A stretch of DNA of 63,778 nt, filler included, from Acidimicrobiia bacterium (GTDB taxonomy: Bacteria; Actinomycetota; Acidimicrobiia; Spongiisociales; CAZKJJ01): assembly GCA_046759765.1 (NCBI GenBank). It is 4 parts of 4 records of this genome, joined end to end, with 100 filler letters (N's around TTAATTAATTAA, not from the genome) between each part and the next. Parts side by side here need not be neighbours in the genome. Positions count along the whole stretch, not along the records: positions 17,328 to 34,097 come from JBHICV010000043.1; positions 34,198 to 50,942 come from JBHICV010000044.1; 2 more parts are not named here. The stretch is one strand, 5' to 3'. Of this stretch, positions 27,660 to 37,402 are shown in pieces. Both the position numbers and the translations under genes were made by a program. Numbering within the stretch: position 1 is the first letter of the stretch; each line of letters starts with the position of its first letter. The notes under the pieces were generated by a model, which was not told where the DNA came from, did not search any database, and worked only from the letters and a program-made list of their open reading frames with translations.

Positions 27660-28837
27660 CCGCGCAGCTCCTTCCGCAGCGGGCTCGACAGATCGCCCCG
27701 GCGAGCCACTCTCACCCGCTCGAGATCCAGCCATTGGGCCATCATGAGCAGCTCGGAGGCGAGAAGACGAGCGGTTCGATCGGAGACCATGCCGTCTTCG
27801 CTGTAGGCCCCTCGCACCTCCAGCGTCCCGGTGTCGTGGTGAGACTTGAGATCCACTCGTCCCGCAAACTGATCGTCAACGAGGACGGGTAGGACGTAAT
27901 AGCCATACTCCCTCGTCGAGGCCGGCACATAGATCTCGATTCGGTAGCGGAATCCAAACAGGCGCTCCAAGCGCGGCCTATACCAGACGGCCGAGTCGAA
28001 AGGGCTGAGCACTCGACACCCCGTGATGGTGCGCGGCACCACGGCTTCGGGGTCGGCGTAAAACGCAACATCTGAATTGCCCACCCGCACCTCGCGCAGC
28101 CGTCCGGCCCGAACGAGCCGGACGATTGTTGGTCGCGCTTCGGAAGGACGGAGCCGGTAGTAGTCGGCGAGATCGTCGGCGGTGCCGAGCCCTAGGTGTC
28201 GCGCGCCGAGAAGAAGTAGCTCCGCATAAGCCTCACGACGGGGAACGGTGGGTTCTGCTAGCACTGTCTTCGGGTAGAGCCGGCTGGGTAGGTCATAAAG
28301 CCTCATGAACCTCCGATTCCGAATAGCTCCCAACCGTCCTCGGGCGAACAGCCACTCGAGCGCATCCTTACCCGCGCTATATCCCCACCAGGGACCTGTT
28401 CGAGTGCCTGGATTGCGGAGGTCCGCGACCCTCAGCGGTCCTGATCGTCTGACCTGTCGATATACGCTCTCGATGTAGCCCGGGTCGGTGTCAACCAGCC
28501 TTCTGACGCGCCGCCAGGGGCGCATCGCTCTCATCCGGTGCCGCAACAGCGAGTAACGCTGCACGGGCATGACGGACGCCATGTGTCCCCAATACTCGAG
28601 TACCTCGCTAGTCCGCAGAAACGAATCCAGATTGTCTCTCGGGTATGGCCCGAGTCGAGACAGGAAGGGAAGGTAATGAGAGCGAGCAACCACGTTGACG
28701 GAGTCGAGCTGGACCGCGCCGAGAGTTCGCAGAACTCGTCGGAAGCCTCGAACGTCAACTCGGTTGGGGCGCTGCCGGTCGAAGCCTTGCGCGGCGAGTG
28801 CCATACGACGGGCCTGAGCGTGGGTGAGTTGGATCAA
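27656..28837 (-). CDS. YcaQ/AlkZ-family interstrand crosslink repair DNA glycosylase (HTH_42)
   Basis: VQLDSVNVVARSHYL (QxD motif), EYWGH, LSPFD, YRIEIYVP, YGYYVLP. Confidence 0.92.
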   Translation of the reverse strand: MIQLTHAQARRMALAAQGFDRQRPNRVDVRGFRRVLRTLGAVQLDSVNVVARSHYLPFLSRLGPYPRDNLDSFLRTSEVLEYWGHMASVMPVQRYSLLRHRMRAMRPWRRVRRLVDTDPGYIESVYRQVRRSGPLRVADLRNPGTRTGPWWGYSAGKDALEWLFARGRLGAIRNRRFMRLYDLPSRLYPKTVLAEPTVPRREAYAELLLLGARHLGLGTADDLADYYRLRPSEARPTIVRLVRAGRLREVRVGNSDVAFYADPEAVVPRTITGCRVLSPFDSAVWYRPRLERLFGFRYRIEIYVPASTREYGYYVLPVLVDDQFAGRVDLKSHHDTGTLEVRGAYSEDGMVSDRTARLLASELLMMAQWLDLERVRVARRGDLSSPLRKELRG

Positions 28838-28876
28838 GAGCCGCGGGAACTCTAGAGCCGGTAGCCTCCCTGGCTA

Positions 28877-29614
28877 ATGGTCCTCCGGACGCTCGTCACC
28901 TGGCCGATCATGGTCGTCCTGACCGGCGTTGCCGCGCTCATGCTCGTAGTCGTCTCCTGGATCTCACCAAATTCGCCTCTCGTAGAGGCAATTATTCGCC
29001 GATGGGCCCGGATAGGGATTCGCCTGGCGGGCGTCCGACTCGAGATTCGCGGAGCCGCCAACATCGAACCTTCTCAGTCTTACGTCTTCGTCGGGAACCA
29101 CATCTCAGTGCTCGACATATTCGCCCACTTCTACGGTCTCCCCGTGCCCGCGCGGTTCCTGGCCAAGGCCGAGCTGTTCCGTATCCCGATTCTGGCGCAG
29201 GGGCTGCGAGCGATCGGGATTGTCGAGGTCGACCGGCGTGGGACGCCGGGAGCGCTCGAGCGAATCAACACCCAGGCGCGACGCGCGGTCTCCCAGGGGA
29301 ACTCCTTGATCATCTATGCGGAAGGCACCCGCTCCAGGGACGGCGAGCTGCAGCGGTTCAAGATGGGGGCATTCGTGATCGCGGCCTCGATGGAGCTACC
29401 GATCGTTCCGATGACCATCCATGGGACCTCGGAAGCTATGAAGGCCGACAGTCTTTTGGTCCGAGGAGGTCCGGTAATTCTGGTCATTGATGAGCCGATC
29501 TGGCCAGAGGGGACGGAACGCGCTGAGATAGCTCGGCTGGCCAGACAGACAAGAGAGGTCATTGCGGAAAGGTACAACGATCTGCGGTCCCAGAGGGCGG
29601 AAGCTCAGTCGTAG
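28877..29614 (+). CDS. plsC: 1-acyl-sn-glycerol-3-phosphate acyltransferase
   Basis: NHISVLD (HxxxxD), FLAKAELF, YAEGTRS. Confidence 0.9.
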   Translation: MVLRTLVTWPIMVVLTGVAALMLVVVSWISPNSPLVEAIIRRWARIGIRLAGVRLEIRGAANIEPSQSYVFVGNHISVLDIFAHFYGLPVPARFLAKAELFRIPILAQGLRAIGIVEVDRRGTPGALERINTQARRAVSQGNSLIIYAEGTRSRDGELQRFKMGAFVIAASMELPIVPMTIHGTSEAMKADSLLVRGGPVILVIDEPIWPEGTERAEIARLARQTREVIAERYNDLRSQRAEAQS

Positions 29615-31035
29615 ATTCCCACGAGATACGCGAGTCCCTCTCGAATCTCACACAGAAACGCACCGACCGAAGTAACGATCTGATAGCGGTCGACATCTGC
29701 CTCGGCCGCCCACCATCGGCCGGTGCGACGCCAGGGTCCCGCCCAGCTGATTATCGGTTCCCATCGGCTGCGTAGTCGCAACCGAACGGGTGTGCCATCG
29801 TCCCATTCCACTTCCACAGGACGCGGCTCGGGTGGAATCAAGGCGGGCGAAGGCGACGGGATGCGCCCGGGCCATGGGGCCTCCAGCGGACGCGAGCGGG
29901 GAGGGGGCTCCTCTCCCCAACGATGCCAGAGCACCCTCTTCGGGGGCTCTCGCCCTCCCTGTGGCCGAGAAGACAGAACGCGGTCCATTCCCACCAGGGA
30001 TTGTGCTCGGGCCACGGCACGCTCGGCCTCGAGTTTCCTCGATGTGTCTAGAAGACCGAGTTGACGTCCCTCGGAAGAAACGTCCTCCGGAGCGATTCGC
30101 AGGCGTACCAAACCTCCGGGCACTCCCCCGTCGTCGGTCCATGCCCGCAACTGCCACCAGACTCGTTCGGTCAGTGACTCGGAAGTGAACGGATCGGCGG
30201 AACGCCAGACCCGGTGACGGACTCGCCCGGATGCTGATTCGGCTTCGATCTCGACTCGATAGGGGGCCGCCCGTCCTAGAGCGGTCATCAGTCGATGGGT
30301 AAGGCGGCGGGCAGCGAACCCCACCTGGTCAAGGGTGACCAAGGGGTCTTCGAAGCGATCCTCTACCGCCAGGTCAGCCGGCAGCTCTCTCGGCGACGGA
30401 AATCGATCCTCGCCGCTTGCCAGACGGTGCGCATCGAGACCTTGGCTCCCGAAACGAGAGGCGACCGCCGCGCGCGGCAGTCGAGACAGGTCACCCAGAG
30501 TGCGGATGCCGAGCCAGCGAAAGGTATCTACCAGTTCCGTAGCTTCGAGAACCCCTACATCTTGGGAGGCAAGAAAGGCCGCATCGTCATCGACAAAGGT
30601 GACTTCTTCGCGGGCCGCCCAGCGAGCGGATGAAGGACCACTCGCGACGCCAAATCTCCCTACCTGTTCGGTGGCGGACGCGGCGGCCTCCACGAGACGA
30701 TCCACCGTCTCCCGGATACCACCGAAATAGCTGATTGCCCCGTCCAGGGCAACGAAGGCGAGCCCAGGCTCGACAACCTCGACCCGAGGAACAATCCCCT
30801 CCAGGGCCTCGACCACGGGTTCGAAGGCCGCGAGATCACTGCTCATGTCTTGGGCAATAACAGCTGCCTCCGGGCACAGAGCCTCGGCCTCCCGGCGACT
30901 GAGACCTCGCTTTACGCCCGCACTTCTAGCCGGCTCGTTCGCAGCTATAACTTGTGGACCGGCTACTGCGAAACACGCCTCATCCGGTGGCGCGTTCCGA
31001 ACCGACCAGCCCGGAAACCAAACGCAAAGAACCAT
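29605..31035 (-). CDS. imuB: inactive Y-family polymerase ImuB
   Basis: VLCVWFPGW, GVKRGLSRREAEALCP, LGIRTLGDL, WAGPW..RWW; downstream of imuA. Confidence 0.9.
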   Translation of the reverse strand: MVLCVWFPGWSVRNAPPDEACFAVAGPQVIAANEPARSAGVKRGLSRREAEALCPEAAVIAQDMSSDLAAFEPVVEALEGIVPRVEVVEPGLAFVALDGAISYFGGIRETVDRLVEAAASATEQVGRFGVASGPSSARWAAREEVTFVDDDAAFLASQDVGVLEATELVDTFRWLGIRTLGDLSRLPRAAVASRFGSQGLDAHRLASGEDRFPSPRELPADLAVEDRFEDPLVTLDQVGFAARRLTHRLMTALGRAAPYRVEIEAESASGRVRHRVWRSADPFTSESLTERVWWQLRAWTDDGGVPGGLVRLRIAPEDVSSEGRQLGLLDTSRKLEAERAVARAQSLVGMDRVLSSRPQGGREPPKRVLWHRWGEEPPPRSRPLEAPWPGRIPSPSPALIPPEPRPVEVEWDDGTPVRLRLRSRWEPIISWAGPWRRTGRWWAAEADVDRYQIVTSVGAFLCEIREGLAYLVGIYD

Positions 31036-31552
31036 CTTCGCCCAACTCCACCTTCCCAGGAGGGAAGCCCTTGCCCGAAACCTCGAGAGTCATCTGTCGG
31101 GCCCGTAGCTGCCCGTGACCTGCCGCGATGCCATCCCAAGTGATCTCCCGCGCATGTATGCGCGTGAAAGCCACCCCGGCAGGCAACCCGCCTTGCAGCG
31201 GTCTCATCAAAACTGCCGTCCTTCGTGCACGAGCGAGAGCCGACAACCGATATAACTCCTTGTCGGAGACTCCCTCCGGGACCTCGGCATAGACCATCGG
31301 AACACCATCAATCAGCGCACCGACCACCTGGGCCCATCTAGCACCCTCACCGCAGCGAACCACGATCAGTCTCTCCGGCTCGATCCCGGCCTCCCAGGCT
31401 GCTACGGGACACAACCAGCCGAGGACATCTACGTAGGCGAAGGGATCGTTTTGAGTGGCCAGAAGAGACAGAGCAAGGTGAGTGAGACCGGAACCGGGTG
31501 GCCCCATGAGACCAACGACCCTACCCGGTACCAAGACGGCTGATGCTTCCAA
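30980..31552 (-). CDS. imuA: RecA-like mutasome accessory protein ImuA'
   Basis: degenerate Walker A GPPGSGLT, AWEAGIEPERL, LSALARAR, GHGQLRAR; TTG start after GGGAGG and SOS box. Confidence 0.85.
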   Translation of the reverse strand: MEASAVLVPGRVVGLMGPPGSGLTHLALSLLATQNDPFAYVDVLGWLCPVAAWEAGIEPERLIVVRCGEGARWAQVVGALIDGVPMVYAEVPEGVSDKELYRLSALARARRTAVLMRPLQGGLPAGVAFTRIHAREITWDGIAAGHGQLRARQMTLEVSGKGFPPGKVELGEDGSLRLVSGLVGSERATG

Positions 31553-31579
31553 GAACCCTCCCGAGAAGAGGCAGTGTAA

Positions 31580-31595
31580 TCGAACATATGTTCGA
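31580..31595. promoter_or_regulatory. LexA SOS box upstream of imuA-imuB
   Basis: perfect TCGAACATATGTTCGA with adjacent -10 TACACT on the minus strand. Confidence 0.93.
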
Positions 31596-31596
31596 T

Positions 31597-32499
31597 TCAA
31601 GAGGGTTCTTGCAGCTCCTCGAGTTCCTCCAAAGTTCGGGGCCAATCGCCCTTCAGTAGCCTCGAAAGTGACCGATCAGCAAGTAACTTGCCGTCCGTCT
31701 GACAGCTTGCGCAATAGTTCGTCTCGTTCTTGGCGTAGACGATCCGCTGTACCGGGGAACCACAGCGCGGGCATGGCTCTCCATAGCGCCCGTGGACGGC
31801 CATTTCGGGCCGGAACGCGGTCACCTTCTTCGGGAATCCATCGCCCACCTCATCCCGCAAGAGGTCCGTCCACGAAGTCAAAACCTCCTGGGTCGCTTCG
31901 TACAACTGAGTTAGCTCGTCGGTGGCCAGCTGTCCGGAGCGGCGGACCGGCGATAACTGCGCCCGATGCAGGATCTCGTCCGAGTAGGCATTGCCGATCC
32001 CGGAGAGGAACCTCGGATCGGTCAGCGCGCGTTTGAGTGTCCGGTTCTCGGTCTGGACGGCCGCGGCAAACTCGTCCCGGGTCGCCTCGAGCGGCTCAAT
32101 GCCGCCTCTTCCCAGAGCCTCCAGCTGCTCGCGCCCGGACACGACATGCAGCGAAGCCCGCTTGTGTGAGCCCTGTTCCGTCAGTATCAGCGAGCCATCC
32201 GGGAAGTCGAAGGCTGCCAGCCCAACCTTCTTGGGGATGGCTTTACCCGCGGTCTCCCAACGCAGCCGGCCGGCGATCATCAGATGGATAACGATGAAGA
32301 GATCGTTCTCCATCTGGAGCACAATTCGTTTTCCCAGCCGTTCGAGCCCCTCGACTCGGGTTCCCTCGACCGCGCTCAGTGGCGGGTCGAAGGTTCGAAG
32401 CAGCGATGGCGAGGTGACGCGCACTCCCTCCAGCACTTCGCCGGTGATTCGCCGTTCGAGAGCTTCGATATAGACAACGATGTCCGGGAGCTCTGGCAT
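31597..32499 (-). CDS. Fpg/Nei family DNA glycosylase/AP lyase
   Basis: N-terminal MPELP, HLMIAG, GIGNAYSDEILH, zinc finger CPRC...YCASCQ. Confidence 0.93.
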   Translation of the reverse strand: MPELPDIVVYIEALERRITGEVLEGVRVTSPSLLRTFDPPLSAVEGTRVEGLERLGKRIVLQMENDLFIVIHLMIAGRLRWETAGKAIPKKVGLAAFDFPDGSLILTEQGSHKRASLHVVSGREQLEALGRGGIEPLEATRDEFAAAVQTENRTLKRALTDPRFLSGIGNAYSDEILHRAQLSPVRRSGQLATDELTQLYEATQEVLTSWTDLLRDEVGDGFPKKVTAFRPEMAVHGRYGEPCPRCGSPVQRIVYAKNETNYCASCQTDGKLLADRSLSRLLKGDWPRTLEELEELQEPS

Positions 32500-32523
32500 C
32501 GCGGCGAGCGTAGCCGCATGCTT

Positions 32524-32712
32524 TCAGGCGGCCACCGGCCGATGTTGGAAGCTACGCCACGGAAGCGCCACTCGAGGTTTGGTGATCTCTTCCGGCCTGA
32601 CCGCGAGACTCACGGTGCCGCAGCTTCGACACACCAACCTCATTGTGTCTACAAACACACGGTCACACGTCTCGAAGTCGTGTTCTGAGCCGCAGATTCT
32701 CTTTCTTCTCAT
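32524..32712 (-). CDS. small putative zinc-finger protein (C-x3-H-x16-C-x2-C)
   Basis: aligns without gaps to the 4289-4573 product over 39 aa. Confidence 0.7.
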   Translation of the reverse strand: MRRKRICGSEHDFETCDRVFVDTMRLVCRSCGTVSLAVRPEEITKPRVALPWRSFQHRPVAA

Positions 32713-32778
32713 ACAAGGCGCATCGAACGCAGACGTAAGAGAGTGATTAAGCAGACGCGAGGATTCAGAGAGCCCGGC

Positions 32779-34097
32779 TCAACGCTCCTGCTGTTGCGCG
32801 AACTCGTCTTCGAACGAAACCACCTTGCGGCCCTTCGGCTGGTCCCCTCTCCTTTCGTCCCGGGGGCGCTTTTCGCGGTCCGGCCTTCTGGGAGGATGCT
32901 CTTCGGGTCCTCGCTCGGCCAGGACGAGGCTCAGTTTCCCGTTGTCGTCGATGTCCTGGACCACGACCTTGACGGTCTGTCCTAACTGGAGCACGTCCTC
33001 GACTCGGTCGATGCGCTTGCCGCCTCCGAGTTTGGAGATATGGAGAAGCCCGTCTCTTCCCGGAAGAATGTTGACGAAGGCCCCGAACTTGGTGATGTTC
33101 ACGACTTCTCCCTCGTAGGTGATGCCTAGCTCGGGTTCCGGCGGGAACGCGATGAGATGAATGGTCTCCATAGCAGCTTCCACTGCCTCGCCGTCGGCAG
33201 AGCCGACACGAACAATGCCGAATTCGCCCTCTTCCTCTATCTCGACACTGGCGCCCGTCTCCTCCTCGATCTGGCGGATCATCTTCCCCTTGGGACCAAT
33301 TACATCTCCGATCTTGTCCTTGGGTATCTCAATGGCCTCGATCCGAGGGGCGAACTTGCTCAGCTTGTTCCTCACCTCCGGGATGGCCTCCCTCATCTTC
33401 TCGAGGATTTTCAGCCGCGCTTCGCGGGCCTGGTCGAGGGCAGTCGAAAGCACCTCGGAGGGAAGGCCCTGGATCTTCGTGTCGAGCTGAAGTGCGGTGA
33501 TCTGATCAGCCGTGCCGGCAACCTTGAAGTCCATATCACCCAATGCATCTTCGGCGCCCTGGATGTCGGTAAGCGGCACGAAGTTGTCGCCGTCGGCCAC
33601 AAGTCCCATAGCGATTCCCGCTACCGGCTCGATTATGGGAACGCCGGCGTCCATCAAGGAGAGGCTCGAGGCGCAAACTGAGGCCATCGAGGTTGACCCG
33701 TTGGACGAGAGAACCTCCGACACCAACCGCAGGGCGTATGGAAACTCCTCGACGGTTGGGATGACGGGATGGACTGCCTTCTCTGCCAGAGCCCCATGGC
33801 CGATCTCCCGACGCCGCGGCCCTCGCATAAACCCGGCCTCGCCGGTCGAGAAAGGCGGGAAGTTGTAGTGATGCATGTAACGCTTGCTCTCTTCGATCGA
33901 AAGCGTGTCGAGCATCTGCTCCATCCTCAGCATGCCCAGCGTCGCCAGATTCAGCACCTGGGTCTCGCCGCGCGAGAACAGACCGGAGCCGTGCGTGCGC
34001 GGTACAACGCCCACCTCTGCGCCCAGTGGCCTTATATCGCCCGGCCCCCGACCGTCCATTCGAATGCCTTGAGTGATAACACGCTCCCGCATCCTTT
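32779..34097 (-). CDS. pnp: polyribonucleotide nucleotidyltransferase, 5' truncated
   Basis: [44 protein letters not shown] and S1 domains. Confidence 0.97.
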
Positions 34098-34197
34098 NNN
34101 NNNNNNNNNNNNNNNNNNNNNNNNNNNNNNNNNNNNNNNNNTTAATTAATTAANNNNNNNNNNNNNNNNNNNNNNNNNNNNNNNNNNNNNNNNNNNN
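34098..34197. other. artificial contig linker
   Basis: N44-TTAATTAATTAA-N44. Confidence 0.98.
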
Positions 34198-34544
34198 ATC
34201 GTCCCCATCTCCGCTCCTACCAGCCGCGCGGACGCGGCTGACGCCGCCCGACGAACGAGGTCGGTGTCACCAAAGCGGTGGAACAAGCGCTCCTCGGCAG
34301 GGCCGAGGACACGGGCGAGGAAGTCCACATTGGCGCCCGCCCACTCCTGTCGGGTCGCCACCACTACCTCGGGTGTGCCGAAGCCCTCCAGGCCGGTCTC
34401 CTGTGACACCAACTCAGCGGCACGGCCCATTAGCTCTGGCGCCTGGTCCGCTAGAAGATCCATGTGGTAGGTGCCCTCGAGGGGATGCCTCCCGGCCACC
34501 CGACCGGCCACTCGTACGGTGAGCGGCCAGGGAATACGGCTCAT
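34198..34544 (-). CDS. zincin-like metalloprotease (F420-associated hydrolase type), 3' truncated
   Basis: IPWPLTVRVA, VSQETGL, TRQEWAGAN, GAEMG resemble the N-terminus of this actinobacterial family. Confidence 0.65.
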
Positions 34545-34840
34545 TCCTGCGGGCGGTAGCGCGCCCGAGTCACCCGGAAGAAGTACATGACGATTGTGAT
34601 GAGAACGGTCCCGGCGCCGATCAGCAACGCGGCAGGCACCAGATAGATGGTGGTCCACGGTGCTCTTTCTTCGACAGGAGGCTCCGGGACGATCGAGACA
34701 GCAGGGTCAGGGACCTCCGGAGCCGGCTCCTCGGAGATCGGCTCAGGGGTCTCTTCTTGAGCTGACACTCCCGTCCCGACAAAGAGACCTACCGCGGCAG
34801 CAAGTGTCGCAACGGCGATAAGTCGAGATGCGTTCGGCAC
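34541..34840 (-). CDS. small membrane/secreted protein
   Basis: signal peptide, acidic Pro-rich linker, C-terminal TM and basic tail. Confidence 0.7.
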   Translation of the reverse strand: MPNASRLIAVATLAAAVGLFVGTGVSAQEETPEPISEEPAPEVPDPAVSIVPEPPVEERAPWTTIYLVPAALLIGAGTVLITIVMYFFRVTRARYRPQE

Positions 34841-34875
34841 CGGGCCAGGATAACTCTGCTGCCGAGATCAGCAGA

Positions 34876-35124
34876 TCAGCCGGCCGGATGCTCTCTCTCG
34901 TCTCGGACGACTTGCTGGAGTCGGTCGAGCATCTCGGGAGGTGGAGGCTCAGCGAGCCTGTCTTCGATTACCTTCAGAAACCGGCTCTCGAAGGAGAAGG
35001 TCGGTCCGCAGCCATCGCACGATTTGAGGTGGCGCTTGATGCGGAATTTGCGATACCTGGTGACCTCCCCGTCGAGGTAGGGGTAGAGCTTGCCCAGGGC
35101 ATCGTTGCATTTACGGTTGCCCAT
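34876..35124 (-). CDS. rshA: zinc-binding anti-sigma factor RshA/RsrA
   Basis: [21 protein letters not shown] (HxxxCxxC); downstream of sigH. Confidence 0.9.
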   Translation of the reverse strand: MGNRKCNDALGKLYPYLDGEVTRYRKFRIKRHLKSCDGCGPTFSFESRFLKVIEDRLAEPPPPEMLDRLQQVVRDEREHPAG

Positions 35125-35698
35125 CTCGGCCCTCTCTCTCGGTAGCTAGGCCACGTTCCCTCGCGAACTCCCACAACGCCTTCTGGAGCGCCTTTCTTCC
35201 GCGGTGCAGCCGAGACATCACCGTCCCGATCGGTATGTCCATGATCTCAGCGATCTCCTTGTAGGAGAACCCCTCCACGTCGGCGAGCAGGACGGGCAGC
35301 CGGAAGTGTTCTGGTAGGGACTCGACCGCATCTTTGACCTCCGACTCGACGAACGTGTCGAGGACCTCTTCTTCGGCGCTCCGTAGCGAGTCCGAGACGG
35401 CCGCCGAGCCGACGCGCCGGTAGAGATAGAGGTCCTCGATGTCACCGAGGTCGACCTCCGAGGGACGGCGAATCTGCTTCCGGTAGCGGTTGATATAGGT
35501 GTTCGTGAGGATTCGAAACAGCCACGCCCGGAGGTTGGTGCCCTCCTCGAACGTGTCATAGGCGCGGTATGCCTTCAGGAAGGTCTCTTGCAGGATGTCC
35601 TCCGCGTCTGCCGGGTTCCGCGTCATTCGCAACGCAGCCGAGTACAGCTGCGGCGCATATTCCATCGCGTCGCGTTCGAAGTTGGCTTGATCTGCCAT
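35111..35698 (-). CDS. sigH: ECF sigma factor SigH/SigR
   Basis: [58 protein letters not shown]. Confidence 0.95.
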   Translation of the reverse strand: MADQANFERDAMEYAPQLYSAALRMTRNPADAEDILQETFLKAYRAYDTFEEGTNLRAWLFRILTNTYINRYRKQIRRPSEVDLGDIEDLYLYRRVGSAAVSDSLRSAEEEVLDTFVESEVKDAVESLPEHFRLPVLLADVEGFSYKEIAEIMDIPIGTVMSRLHRGRKALQKALWEFARERGLATEREGRDGQP

Positions 35699-35842
35699 GG
35701 GGGTCCAGTTTCAAGGGCAGGGTGCCAAGTAGCAAGTTGCCGGCCTACGACTCGAGGTAGCCGTCCTCGGTTCGGCTTGGAACCGAATAGCCCCCAGCGA
35801 TCTGGGACCAGTTCATATGTAGGCTTTTCCAAGGGATATCTC

Positions 35843-36760
35843 ATGGTTGAGCGTCGTTACGTCTGGGTCGAGGATCGGAGAGGCACGCGGCTGCCCTTCT
35901 CGAAAGGAATCCTTGCTACTTCCTTAACGGCGACCGGCGTGACACCTCAGGATGCCTATCGGGTGGCCGAAGCCGTGGAAGATGGCCTTTTCGACGACCA
36001 GCGGGACCTAGTCCACGTTGACGAGCTCGTAGGGACGATTCAAGACCAGATAGACCGCCAGCTCGGATCGGTCGAAGCAGCGGCTTGGTCGTCGTGGGTC
36101 GAGGTGAGAAGGGCCGGTCATCCGATCATCGTTCTCCTTGGAGGAGCGACCGGCGTTGGGAAGTCGACCGTTGCTACGCGCCTCGCCGGCAGGCTCGGCA
36201 TCAGCCAGGTGGTCGCCACCGACTCCGTGCGCGAGGTGATGCGGGGCATTTTTCCCGCAGAAATCCTTCCCACCCTCCACGTCTCGTCTTTCGAGGCCCA
36301 CAGCCGGGCGCTCTCTCCGGTACCAGCCGATCACGATCCGGTCGTGGCCGGCTTTCGGCAGCAGGCGGAGGTAGTGGCAGTCGGCATTCGAAAGTTGGTC
36401 GAGCGGGCGCTCACCGAACAAAACGACCTGATCCTCGAGGGCGTGCATCTCATTCCCGGGATGCTCACCGACGACGTGGAGCACTGGACGTCGAAAGGAG
36501 CCGTCAGCCGGGCGGTCCTGGCGGTACCCGACTCGACCGAGCACCAAGCGCACTTCCTGGCGAGGTTGGAGCACCAACAACGCCATCCCCAGAGGTATTT
36601 GGACCACTTCGGAGACATCCGCTCCATTCACCGCTATTTGGTGCTCCAAGCCGAAGCCAACGAGATCCCGGTCGTGGACGTCGGAGCGTTAGACCCAACT
36701 ATCAAGTCGGTGCTGCAACTGGTCATCCAGTCGGTCGCAGAGCTGACGGACGCCGCCTGA
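35843..36760 (+). CDS. ATP-cone + P-loop kinase of the archaeal 2-phosphoglycerate kinase family
   Basis: LPFSKGILATSL ATP cone; LLGGATGVGKST, TDSVREVMR, LHVSSF, ILEGVHLIPG, HF..R, YL..F..IR. Confidence 0.85.
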   Translation: MVERRYVWVEDRRGTRLPFSKGILATSLTATGVTPQDAYRVAEAVEDGLFDDQRDLVHVDELVGTIQDQIDRQLGSVEAAAWSSWVEVRRAGHPIIVLLGGATGVGKSTVATRLAGRLGISQVVATDSVREVMRGIFPAEILPTLHVSSFEAHSRALSPVPADHDPVVAGFRQQAEVVAVGIRKLVERALTEQNDLILEGVHLIPGMLTDDVEHWTSKGAVSRAVLAVPDSTEHQAHFLARLEHQQRHPQRYLDHFGDIRSIHRYLVLQAEANEIPVVDVGALDPTIKSVLQLVIQSVAELTDAA

Positions 36761-36912
36761 CCTCGAGACGTTGCTCGGGGAGGCGTGGCCCGGTTCTTGC
36801 CCCACGGGCATCCCGATGGGGTGCGACTGCTGGAGGAAGCCCGTAAGCGCTGTGACGACCTGGGACTGGCCGGCGTCCGCGAAGTCCTAGAGCGTCACGT
36901 GGCCGAAAGTAC

Positions 36913-37350
36913 CTAGCCGCCGGCCTCCGCCTCGACCAGCCTCTTGAGATTCTGCAGGATCTCTCCCCCAGTCTCCCTTGCCGTGCGAGCGGCGAAGTAG
37001 CCGATGATCTTCCCGAACGGCCCATACGGAAACTCAATATGGTCGTTGAAGGTAAAGCGGCTTCCGGTGGGGGTCTCCTCAATGACCCAGCGCTCGTCGT
37101 AGCTCTTGAAGAAGTCCCCTTCCGTCATCCGGTACCCGAAAACACGGCTGGGCTCCCACTCGGTAGTTTCGAAATCGAGGTTGTACTCGCGACCACCGGC
37201 CTCTTCGAACCAGTGGAACGTTGAGCCCACCCCCCGGGATTCACTCGTCCAATCGAACTTCTTCAGCGCCGTGAACCAGGCCATCGTCAGCTCCGGCTCG
37301 ACCAGATAGGGCCATACGCTCTCGGGCGGCGCATCTATGTCAACGGACAT
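36913..37350 (-). CDS. SRPBCC (START-like) family protein
   Basis: SVDIDAPPESVW, GVGSTF, TEWEPSR. Confidence 0.85.
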   Translation of the reverse strand: MSVDIDAPPESVWPYLVEPELTMAWFTALKKFDWTSESRGVGSTFHWFEEAGGREYNLDFETTEWEPSRVFGYRMTEGDFFKSYDERWVIEETPTGSRFTFNDHIEFPYGPFGKIIGYFAARTARETGGEILQNLKRLVEAEAGG

Positions 37351-37402
37351 CGATACGAGGATCGCTTGTCTCCTGTAAGTCGACGGTGCAACCTAATGAT
37401 CT

